Below are positions 17,089-24,158 of a DNA stretch of 34,326 nucleotides, one piece after another. This DNA is from a virus, in the IMG/VR virus record IMGVR_UViG_3300045988_024975, positions 1 through 34,326 of that record. One strand, written 5' to 3'. The position numbers were made by a program, and so were the translations under genes. The notes under the pieces are model-generated. The model saw only the letters and a program-made list of their open reading frames with translations, had not been told where the DNA came from and did not search any database. The stretch's first letter is position 1; each line of letters opens with the position of its first letter.

Positions 17089-17098
17089 TGTAACTTTT

Positions 17099-17326
17099 TT
17101 ACTCTTGTATCACAGATGCAATCTCACCAAAAAGTTCCGATAATTCTAAACATTCTTTCTTTGTAAGCTGATGAGAAAAATAATCGTCACACTGTTCATT
17201 TAAATAAAATTTATTATTTTTTAAACATATCGAAAATATCCTATCTTCCTTCATCCTATCTAATAAACACTTATGCCGATTTAATAACTTCTGTCCATTC
17301 ACAAGCTCCACCTCACAAGATTTCAT
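17099..17326 (-). CDS. Hypothetical protein (75 aa), second gene of the AT-rich moron
   Basis: Overlaps the upstream ORF by 14 nt and is followed by tandem terminators. Confidence 0.6.
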   Translation of the reverse strand: MKSCEVELVNGQKLLNRHKCLLDRMKEDRIFSICLKNNKFYLNEQCDDYFSHQLTKKECLELSELFGEIASVIQE

Positions 17327-17765
17327 AATATTCTTTTATAATATTTACTATATCCGACATCGTAACAAAAACATTTTTCCCTTCAAAATTATTTTTATAA
17401 TTTGCTCTTTGTTTTTCTTTGCTATCCCATACATCAACTTCATCCAACGATAGCCAGATAAAATGTGTTCCATAATCATACGGATAATCATATGGATATG
17501 TGTGTCCTTTTGCCTCATGAGCTTTTATAAAAGTTCTATTATGTTTTAAACAATTATTAGCAAATCGTAACCCAGAAAATATTTTCTTATGTTCATCCTT
17601 TATTTGTTTTTCAGGAATACGGTCAATACAGTCTGTAACCCAATGAAGCGCAGTTCCAATGGCAAAAAAGCATTCTTTGTCATCAGCATCCTCCGCTGCT
17701 ACTTTTGAAATATAATTTACAGTCTTTTGTGCACTATACAATAGCATCTGTTTGTTTTCAAACAT
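17313..17765 (-). CDS. Hypothetical protein (150 aa), first gene of the AT-rich moron
   Basis: ATG at 17765 with a GGAGGAAGG RBS (MFENKQMLLYSAQ...). Contains YPYDYPYDY. Confidence 0.7.
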   Translation of the reverse strand: MFENKQMLLYSAQKTVNYISKVAAEDADDKECFFAIGTALHWVTDCIDRIPEKQIKDEHKKIFSGLRFANNCLKHNRTFIKAHEAKGHTYPYDYPYDYGTHFIWLSLDEVDVWDSKEKQRANYKNNFEGKNVFVTMSDIVNIIKEYYEIL

Positions 17766-17802
17766 TTTCCTTCCTCCGTTCTTCACTTTAAAACCTATTT
17801 CC

Positions 17803-17831
17803 ATAATACCTTCTTATGCGACATTACGCAA
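17803..17831 (-). promoter_or_regulatory. Sigma-70-type promoter of the moron (TTGCGT - 17 nt - TATTAT)
   Basis: On the minus strand, the -35 is at 17831-17826 and the -10 at 17808-17803, with an exactly 17-nt spacer. It lies about 40 nt upstream of the ATG at 17765. Confidence 0.5.
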
Positions 17832-17862
17832 CGAAAAAGACACCCAGCAATACCAGGTGTCT
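17832..17862 (-). terminator. Intrinsic terminator after the late-regulator gene (minus sense)
   Basis: Minus-sense AGACACCTGG-tattg-CTGGGTGTCT (10-bp stem), followed by TTTTTCGTT. Confidence 0.7.
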
Positions 17863-17948
17863 CTTCATGGTTTTAAATACTTACGAACGGAGGAACCATC
17901 AAAAATGTCTTACCTTGTTACATTTCATCAATTCCAGTTTATACTCTA

Positions 17949-18458
17949 TCACTTTTTATCCGGACATTGTGGGACATTTTCAAAATATCTTTGAATTTTT
18001 TTACGGACGTTCTCATCTGTGTACCGGATTCGGCGTTTCGGGAACATTTTGTTCATCTGATCTGCAACCTTTGGATACGATAAATCATCCAGAAAATACA
18101 GTCGGAAGATAATCCGCAACTCACTCTTCTCAATGGATTCTATGTACTCTTCCACCTGAATTGTCATTTCCAGCAGTTCTTCTTCCAGCTCTTCAAGCCT
18201 TCTGGTTCTCTTTTTCAGCAACTGTTCTTTTCCGGAAATCACACCAACCGGTCTGCCAGTGATCTTCACCGTGCCAAGTGGCTTCTTACCCTTCTTACCA
18301 CATGATACCGAATCCACAACAATTTGTCCATGCAGTTTATCCAATTCTTTCTGGATTTTTTCAATTCTCCGGCGCAAATCCTTAATCTCTTCTTTCATAT
18401 CCGCGTACTCAATCAAAATGCTCTTGTCCACCGGTATCCACCTCCGCTGTAATGTCAT
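17949..18458 (-). CDS. Putative late-gene transcriptional activator (sigma-70 region-4-like HTH; ArpU/RinA-class position)
   Basis: The C-terminus SELRIIFRLYFLDDLSYPKVADQMN resembles a sigma r4 HTH, and the N-terminus is coiled-coil. The start is ambiguous: ATG at 18458, or GTG at 18431 with a GGAGGTG RBS. Confidence 0.5.
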   Translation of the reverse strand: MTLQRRWIPVDKSILIEYADMKEEIKDLRRRIEKIQKELDKLHGQIVVDSVSCGKKGKKPLGTVKITGRPVGVISGKEQLLKKRTRRLEELEEELLEMTIQVEEYIESIEKSELRIIFRLYFLDDLSYPKVADQMNKMFPKRRIRYTDENVRKKIQRYFENVPQCPDKK

Positions 18459-18620
18459 ACTTCTTCGCCAGATATTCTGCAACGCTTACGCTCTGGTAAG
18501 CCGGTCACTTAAATCTCTCCAACGCCTTTGCATCATGCCGGCTCTCCAACTCTTCATAATGCTGCTGTCTATCCCTCCGCTGCTCTTTTCTGCTTCGTTT
18601 CTCCTGCAAATTATCACCTT

Positions 18621-18845
18621 CTATCCTCTGAACACTTCCGGAAGCGGCATCCACGCCACAACCTTATACGGTTCTCCCTGTTCATCGAACCAGACACCTG
18701 TCTGGGAATAATACAGCGTTGTTGCCTTATCTGCTCCCTCGATCGTGACCAGAAACTCCGCTGCATATGCACTTCTGACATAAGATTCTATGAACTCCCG
18801 TTGATCTGGGAGTCTTTCTGTTGTTGGAATCCATCCGTTACTCAT
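18621..18845 (-). CDS. DUF551-like protein
   Basis: ATG at 18845 (MSNGWIPTTERLPD...VVAWMPLPEVF), with a TAATG overlap to YopX. The W-I-P...ERLP...W-MPLPE pattern matches my recollection of DUF551. Confidence 0.6.
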   Translation of the reverse strand: MSNGWIPTTERLPDQREFIESYVRSAYAAEFLVTIEGADKATTLYYSQTGVWFDEQGEPYKVVAWMPLPEVFRG

Positions 18846-19315
18846 TATTCTCTGCCTTTCTTCATGAAATCTTTGCAAATAATAGTGCTTCTTTGATCTT
18901 TCTGTTGTTCTGGCTTGTCATGGATATTTCCTACTACTTCAGCATCAACCATTTTTATCCAGTACCCCAGATCTTTTCTAAAATCTCTTTTCTTGTCCCA
19001 GTCTACATAAAATCCGACATGGCAAGTCGTTGTACTGTCAAAGCAACTCTGATATTCGCCAAATTTTACAGGAGCATAATAATCACCATAATGGTATTTA
19101 ATAATGTCGTTCTCCCATATCTTCCTTCCCTTCTTGTCTGTAAGTCCGGTGTATTGACAGATCGTATCCGAATCAACGAGATAGCCATTCTGTATGCACG
19201 TATCTGCATTTTTAATGTCATATATGAACCATGCACCATATCTTTGAATTACATAACCTTCAACCCACTCGCCATTGTCTCTTCTCTTCGCTCTAAAAAG
19301 AATCTCTCTATTCAT
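18845..19315 (-). CDS. YopX family protein
   Basis: The N-terminus MNREILFRAKRRDNGEWVEGY and the C-terminal region VVGNIHDKPE are hallmark YopX motifs. Confidence 0.75.
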   Translation of the reverse strand: MNREILFRAKRRDNGEWVEGYVIQRYGAWFIYDIKNADTCIQNGYLVDSDTICQYTGLTDKKGRKIWENDIIKYHYGDYYAPVKFGEYQSCFDSTTTCHVGFYVDWDKKRDFRKDLGYWIKMVDAEVVGNIHDKPEQQKDQRSTIICKDFMKKGRE

Positions 19316-19406
19316 ATTCCTCGACTACCTCCAGCTTTTTCAAATCCATTCTTGGTATAGCGTGTCGGTCTTCTCCTTCACCAATCCATTCTGTCAATCT
19401 ATCCAT
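19308..19406 (-). CDS. Small hypothetical protein (32 aa)
   Basis: MDRLTEWIGEGEDRHAIPRMDLKKLEVVEEYE fills the gap between two genes exactly. It is below the track's size threshold. Confidence 0.35.
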   Translation of the reverse strand: MDRLTEWIGEGEDRHAIPRMDLKKLEVVEEYE

Positions 19407-19408
19407 TG

Positions 19409-19630
19409 TTACCCCTTCCTGCGCCATGATTCCACGCCTTCCATTCCTTCTTTACTGGTCAACTGCTGCCACTCCCAGTTTATATACGATCTCACTATTC
19501 CTTTCTGGTTTCTGACCTGCACATGGTGCGGATAGATTCCAAGAATCGTGACTTTTTCCGTGGCGAGTCTGGTTTTACCTCCCTTCTGGGAGATCCTGCG
19601 CCTTAACTGTACTTTATCTCCAACTTTCAT
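19409..19630 (-). CDS. Hypothetical protein (73 aa)
   Basis: AAGGAA RBS. Basic, beta-rich sequence. Confidence 0.6.
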   Translation of the reverse strand: MKVGDKVQLRRRISQKGGKTRLATEKVTILGIYPHHVQVRNQKGIVRSYINWEWQQLTSKEGMEGVESWRRKG

Positions 19631-19704
19631 TTTTTGTTCCTTTCCGTCTTACCTTGCGCATTTTCTTGCTTACCGAGTATATGAACGCCCGCATATTGCC
19701 GGGT

Positions 19705-20823
19705 TTAGTCGTCTTCCTCTTCGTCTTTCTCACCCTCCCGGTTCTCTAAAATGATTCCATTTGCATTTATGTCTCCGTCCGCTTTTACCATAATGTACCT
19801 TTCTCCGTTAATCATCTCTAAGGTAACAAGGTCCGTTCTGTCTGCGCTTACTGTTACATGTGCATCCGGAAGACCAATCTCAAATGTCTTCGTGCTTACT
19901 GTATTATCTGCATCAATTTCGGCCGCGTCACAGTCTTTTGTTTTTTCTGCTGCCAGTTCCGGATCTATCCCGATGCTTTTTAATACGTTTTCCAGCTCCG
20001 CGCCTTTTAATATCCGGTTGTTGGATTCTGCTTTTATTTCACGGATTCTTCCAAGGTAATGGTAAATATCTTTTGCCTGTTCCAGGCTTACTTTTCCGTC
20101 TGCTGCATTTAACCCTTCCCTAAAAGCTTCTTTCTGCTCTTTTGGTGTGGATGGCATCCCGCATCGGAGTGTCTGCGTGATCAGGCCTGCGTCCGGTTTA
20201 TCCGGAACTTTGCTGTAGTACCAGATATGCTCCGGATCTCCGTGGCGGTCTGTAAATGCCGGATATAAAAATCCTTGTGTCGGCATACTTACTACCCAGT
20301 CTCTTGTACGTTCCTGAATATCTGCCAGTTCTGGTTTATAAGATAATCCTGCTGCCGATAAGCTTACCGGGCAGATACATCCGATCATGTACTCATAAAC
20401 CTCTTCACTTTCATCCAGATCCGCTCCGTCCGTGGCAATTCCCGGAATGTCGTAGATTCCACTGGCAATTAGAATCAGGGAATACCCTTTATTCAATATG
20501 CCAATAGACTCTGCAATCTCTTCCAGGAAGATCTGGCGTACATCATTGTCTTCTAACCCTGTTTTTACAATCGTGACCAGATGTTGCTTTCTTGTTTTCT
20601 CCTTAAAATCCAGCTGAAACATATTTCTTCCAGGCTTTCCAGCTAAAACCTTTTTGAAGATATCCAGGTATTTGAACGTTTCCGTCTCTTCGAGGTTTAA
20701 AAAGTTTTTGACAAATTCCAACCTGCAGTTCCGGTCATTATCTACGATATATCCGGTTATCCTTGTGATATTGTACCTGTCTATTGTTAGAGTTCTTTTG
20801 ATCTCCAGTAACTCTTTCTTCAT
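19705..20823 (-). CDS. DUF4317-like protein with an acidic C-terminal tail
   Basis: ATG at 20823 with an AAAGGAG RBS. The N-terminus MKKELLEIKRTLTIDRYNITRITGYIV...FKYLDIFKKVLAGKPGRN matches my recollection of Firmicutes DUF4317. The protein ends EGEKDEEEDD. Confidence 0.55.
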   Translation of the reverse strand: MKKELLEIKRTLTIDRYNITRITGYIVDNDRNCRLEFVKNFLNLEETETFKYLDIFKKVLAGKPGRNMFQLDFKEKTRKQHLVTIVKTGLEDNDVRQIFLEEIAESIGILNKGYSLILIASGIYDIPGIATDGADLDESEEVYEYMIGCICPVSLSAAGLSYKPELADIQERTRDWVVSMPTQGFLYPAFTDRHGDPEHIWYYSKVPDKPDAGLITQTLRCGMPSTPKEQKEAFREGLNAADGKVSLEQAKDIYHYLGRIREIKAESNNRILKGAELENVLKSIGIDPELAAEKTKDCDAAEIDADNTVSTKTFEIGLPDAHVTVSADRTDLVTLEMINGERYIMVKADGDINANGIILENREGEKDEEEDD

Positions 20824-20898
20824 GTCGCTCCTTTCTGGCTGCCGCACCGGGCAGCCATGCACTCTGCGAAATTGTGATATATTAACTTCCTGTGGTGC

Positions 20899-21252
20899 CT
20901 ATAAATAATTCTTTCCGGCGTTTTTCATCCATTCTTCCCTTGTATGGGTTCTTTCGTAAACCTCCTGGGCTTTCGCCATCAGGATCCGTGCGTTCTTGGC
21001 ATTGTTATGGACTGCTGCCGGTCCGTTTCGGTGATGTTCCAGGCAGAGATTTACTTTTAACCCTTCTGCCTCTGCAAATGCATGGGTGTTACCAAACAAA
21101 ACATGATGCTCTTCCAGATATGGCTTGCATGTAAAATCTCCATCCAGTAACATGCACAGGTAGCACCGGCGGTCGCCTTTTGGCTGCATGATGCTTTTTT
21201 TGTGCTTCTTACGTTTCTTCCGTTTTGTCGGTTTTGGAAACATCATATTCAC
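20899..21252 (-). CDS. Putative HNH / zinc-finger nuclease (Ref- or NinG-like)
   Basis: Has a basic N-terminus (KPTKRKKRKKHKK) followed by CYLC...EEHHVLFG...NLCLEHHRNGPAAVHNN. The start is ambiguous among 21255, 21252 (GTG 9 nt after GGAGG) and the ATGs at 21246/21243. Confidence 0.5.
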   Translation of the reverse strand: MNMMFPKPTKRKKRKKHKKSIMQPKGDRRCYLCMLLDGDFTCKPYLEEHHVLFGNTHAFAEAEGLKVNLCLEHHRNGPAAVHNNAKNARILMAKAQEVYERTHTREEWMKNAGKNYL

Positions 21253-21490
21253 CAATCAACACCTCCCCGCTTTGGTCTACTTTTTCATTCAGGTATAAAT
21301 ACCAATCCTGTGAACTGTGTACTTTTTGGGTTGTCTCTGCAAGGTACAGAGCCGCGTGATACAAGGGAAGTGTCTGGAGATATTCCCGGCGGGTTAATTT
21401 GATTTTGGGAAATGTGGCCAGATATTCTTCTACAGTTATATTTTTCGGGCAGGCATCCGGTTTCCAATCTTCTACACTTAATTGCTCCAT
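21209..21490 (-). CDS. Hypothetical protein (93 aa)
   Basis: ATG at 21490 with an AAAGGAG RBS (MEQLSVEDWKPDACPK...). The track start at 21565 would overlap the ParB-like gene. Confidence 0.6.
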   Translation of the reverse strand: MEQLSVEDWKPDACPKNITVEEYLATFPKIKLTRREYLQTLPLYHAALYLAETTQKVHSSQDWYLYLNEKVDQSGEVLIGEYDVSKTDKTEET

Positions 21491-21491
21491 C

Positions 21492-22847
21492 TTAGGACTC
21501 CTTTTTGTATAGCTCATGGTTGCCGTAAACCAAATCCGCCTCTTCTCTTTCATAACTCCAGCCATAACGCATTAAGATTTTGAAGCATTCCTGGTATCTC
21601 TTTCCGGCATCCTCTTTGTATTCTCCGGAATACTCTACTAAATCCCCGGTATAATCATCCATCATGTTGTTCATTGCAATCAGGAGCAACACTTGCGTAT
21701 CCAGTGTTTGTATTTTTTCTTCTGCTTCTTCCTTTTCTTTCTCATCCGCATCATACAGGCTTTTCCCGTTAAAAAATTTTAGAACCATTCCATTTCCTAA
21801 CCAACAGGACTTCTCCATCATGTTCCGAATCATCTTTTCAATTATTTTCTGGCGTTCCTCATCTTTTAGCAGTTCGATTTTTCCGTCTGCTATTGTCCGG
21901 ATGAATTCTTTTTTTCTTTCATTCATTTTTTTCTGTAAAGCTTTCAACTGCTTTATCTTTTTTCTCCGCCTGTCCCATTCCGTTTCAACCTTTTCTGATT
22001 TCGGGGGTTTTTCCACTACATCAATCCCATTCCAACCATCCAGATAATACAGTTCTTTTCCGCGGATATTTATTCTCTTTGGTGGTTCTTTCTCCAGATT
22101 GAACGTTTTTACCGCTTTTAGTTCTGTCGTATACTTCTTTTTCTCTATCTCCTTTGTAGCTTTCTTGATTCCTGCTGCCTCCAAGAGCTCGACAATAATC
22201 TTTTTGTTCTTCTCCCTCTCCCTGTTTTTAATCTCTGCTTCTACTTTCCACTGAATCTGTCTGGAGTCTGCTGCATCTTTCAAGATTCTGTTCCTTGTTT
22301 CAACATCTTCGATTCTCGACAGTTCGGCGAGATCTTTTAGATTTAGCTGATATGCCCCGTCTTCATCCGTCTTTTCCTTCACCAGATCCCGGTCAAGCTT
22401 CGCGATCTCCAGCCTCCGGCGCACGGTTGTCCTGGAGAATCCGGTCTTCTCTGCAATCTGTTCTTCTGTATCTCCAAGATCTAACATCATCTGGAAGCCT
22501 TCCGCCTGTTCCAGGACCGTCAGATCGATGCGCTGCATATTCTCTTCCAGCATGGTTCCGACCTGGTCTTTGTAACTCATGTCCTCTACAATCCGGCATG
22601 GATACATAGTTACGCCTGCCATTTTTCCGGCAGCGAACCGGCGGTGCCCGATAATCAGCGTGTATCCTTCTTCATGGTGTGTTTTATCTTCATCCCAGTG
22701 CCCCGGAACGACCGTAAGGTTCTGCATAATTCCTTTCTTCTTGATTGACTCACTCAGCTCCGTCAGATCACCCAGGTCTTTTCGTGGGTTATCCGGATGC
22801 TGGTGAATCAGCTTGGCGTTGATATTCGTGATTCCACTGGTTGTCAT
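21492..22847 (-). CDS. ParB-like N-terminal (ParB/Srx nuclease-type) domain protein with a long charged C-terminal region
   Basis: 451 aa with HPDNPRKDLG...IIGHRRFAAG (the ParB box) and an HTH (IAEKTGFSRTTVRRRLEIAKL). Confidence 0.75.
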   Translation of the reverse strand: MTTSGITNINAKLIHQHPDNPRKDLGDLTELSESIKKKGIMQNLTVVPGHWDEDKTHHEEGYTLIIGHRRFAAGKMAGVTMYPCRIVEDMSYKDQVGTMLEENMQRIDLTVLEQAEGFQMMLDLGDTEEQIAEKTGFSRTTVRRRLEIAKLDRDLVKEKTDEDGAYQLNLKDLAELSRIEDVETRNRILKDAADSRQIQWKVEAEIKNREREKNKKIIVELLEAAGIKKATKEIEKKKYTTELKAVKTFNLEKEPPKRINIRGKELYYLDGWNGIDVVEKPPKSEKVETEWDRRRKKIKQLKALQKKMNERKKEFIRTIADGKIELLKDEERQKIIEKMIRNMMEKSCWLGNGMVLKFFNGKSLYDADEKEKEEAEEKIQTLDTQVLLLIAMNNMMDDYTGDLVEYSGEYKEDAGKRYQECFKILMRYGWSYEREEADLVYGNHELYKKES

Positions 22848-22893
22848 TTCAAATTCCTCTCTTTCTCGGTATTTTCAAGGTTTTCTCCTGTTT

Positions 22894-23310
22894 TTATCTC
22901 ATTTTAGACTGTAGTCTATCGGAATACCGTGTAACCTCGGAAAATTCAAGAGTTACACGGTGTTTTTGTGTCTGCTCATACAGTTCCTGCCAGAGCTCTT
23001 TGTTCTTGATCTCTTTTCCATGCGGTCTGCGCCACTCTTCCCGTTTCCATTTGTCCATATTTCCTTCGTTTATGGTTGTGGCCAGGAACTGATCCGGCGT
23101 GTAGACAGTCACTTCGCACGACCGGAGCATTCTCAGACCGACAAGGATAGCGATCATGCTCATTCTGTGGTAGGTCGTGTTCTGTTCGGTCTCGATCTGT
23201 GCTTTCACTGCAGGTCCTTTCTTAGTCTCGCACTCCACCAGAGCGATACACTTTCCGTTTTTTGCTGTTGGTCCCCGGAAGTTTACCTCTGTGTATAGTT
23301 CTATCTTCAT
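22894..23310 (-). CDS. RNase HI-like protein with substituted catalytic residues
   Basis: Aligns by eye to E. coli RNase HI: IELYTEVNF vs VEIFTDGSC, TTYHRMSMIAILVGLRMLRSCEVTVYTPDQF vs [32 protein letters not shown], and KNKELWQEL vs KNVDLWQRL. AAGGAGAG RBS at 23310. Confidence 0.65.
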   Translation of the reverse strand: MKIELYTEVNFRGPTAKNGKCIALVECETKKGPAVKAQIETEQNTTYHRMSMIAILVGLRMLRSCEVTVYTPDQFLATTINEGNMDKWKREEWRRPHGKEIKNKELWQELYEQTQKHRVTLEFSEVTRYSDRLQSKMR

Positions 23311-24058
23311 CTTCTCTCCTTATCCGGATCATTTCGTAGTGTCTGTACGGGAATCCGGTTGCTTTGTTGATCCCTTCGTAAAAAGAATCCTTGACTATGT
23401 AATATCCCTTTGGTGGTTTCGGTTCTTTCGGCCACCGGTATAAAATCTTTGTTTTGGGTTCTGGAAGCGGCATGTTTCGAGACGTAGAAAAATTGGCTTC
23501 TGCAATCTCATGATCCAGTACGCCCTCATCCACATATTTTTTTTGGGTTTTCTCGTTTTTGGTAACATATTGCGCCAGCTTCCGGAACTCGCCTTTCTCA
23601 TAGAGCAACTGCTTATTACGAACCTTTCCGTGTTTCCAGGCTGCAGCTATGATCAAATCTGTATCCGGGATTCGATTCAGAACCACATGGATGTGCCAGT
23701 TACCGGACGGGGTACATTCAATATTGCGGATCCAGCGGAGCTCCTGTCCTCTTTTCTTGTATTCCTTCTTACAGAACAGGTAAAACTCTTTGAAATCCTG
23801 CTTTGCCTGCTTCATGTCCGGCGGACGCTCTTTTTTCGGATATGTCAAGGTGAAAAAGTAATCATTGACCTTGAAATACATCCGGAGTCTGTGTCTGGCT
23901 TTCCTCTCCCTGGTCCACTGGTTGACCTGCTCCACTTCCTCCGGTGTGGCTTTCTTCTTTTTGGCTCTCTTCTCTCCCGGTGCTCCATATCTTCCATCCA
24001 GATATTCCTGTCTCTCTATTACATTTCCCAAATCGTATGTCACTCGTCTGATTCTCAT
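23222..24058 (-). CDS. HUH-superfamily rolling-circle replication initiator (Rep_1 / phiX174 A-like motif layout)
   Basis: Motif 1 is FFTLTY, motif 2 is NWHIHVVL (the HUH), and motif 3 is LAQYVTKN. GAGGA RBS. The C-terminal 89 nt overlap the next gene. Confidence 0.7.
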   Translation of the reverse strand: MRIRRVTYDLGNVIERQEYLDGRYGAPGEKRAKKKKATPEEVEQVNQWTRERKARHRLRMYFKVNDYFFTLTYPKKERPPDMKQAKQDFKEFYLFCKKEYKKRGQELRWIRNIECTPSGNWHIHVVLNRIPDTDLIIAAAWKHGKVRNKQLLYEKGEFRKLAQYVTKNEKTQKKYVDEGVLDHEIAEANFSTSRNMPLPEPKTKILYRWPKEPKPPKGYYIVKDSFYEGINKATGFPYRHYEMIRIRREDEDRTIHRGKLPGTNSKKRKVYRSGGVRD

Positions 24059-24085
24059 AGCGTGTCCTCATAACTTTAATAGTCT

Positions 24086-24094
24086 TATCAAGTT
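24086..24094 (-). promoter_or_regulatory. Candidate RCR nick-site motif AACTTGATA (site A, rep leader)
   Basis: The minus strand reads ...ccctttttaatAACTTGATAagact..., about 27 nt upstream of the rep ATG. CTTGATA is the nick core of phiX174 and pC194-family origins. Confidence 0.4.
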
Positions 24095-24123
24095 ATTAAA
24101 AAGGGCAGTCGCCCTGTAAATAC

Positions 24124-24152
24124 TTGACTTTCCAGCCGCTAAAAGGTACACT
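24124..24152 (+). promoter_or_regulatory. Plus-strand promoter-like element (TTGACT - 17 nt - TACACT), antisense to the rep leader
   Basis: The -35 is at 24124-24129 and the -10 at 24147-24152, with a 17-nt spacer. No plus-strand ORF lies downstream. Confidence 0.4.
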
Positions 24153-24158
24153 ATAAGT

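Noticed and set aside
17313-17765. A HEPN-like Rx4-6H match (RTFIKAH) in the 150-aa moron protein.
   Set aside because: The pattern is too degenerate to count as evidence without a profile or structural match, so I made no HEPN call.
18505-18609. A possible 34-aa ORF (LQEKRSRKEQRRDRQQHYEELESRHDAKALERFK) between the DUF551 and late-regulator genes.
   Set aside because: It has only a TTG start and a modest AAGGTG RBS, is very short and is highly charged. It is plausible but unsupported, so I did not list it as a feature.
21492-24058. A phage-plasmid interpretation, based on the ParB-like and Rep genes.
   Set aside because: The ParB-like protein has the nuclease-type N-terminal domain common in phages. 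There is no ParA partner and no parS-like repeat array. A serine integrase and an attP candidate are both present. An integrating temperate lifestyle is the simpler reading, although episomal maintenance is not excluded.
24098-24115. The hairpin AGGGC-agtc-GCCCT plus a T-run, considered as a confident transcriptional attenuator of rep.
   Set aside because: The stem is only 5 bp and the U-run only four or five. I could not find an alternative pre-emptor pairing. It is mentioned only as a possibility within the Rep findings.
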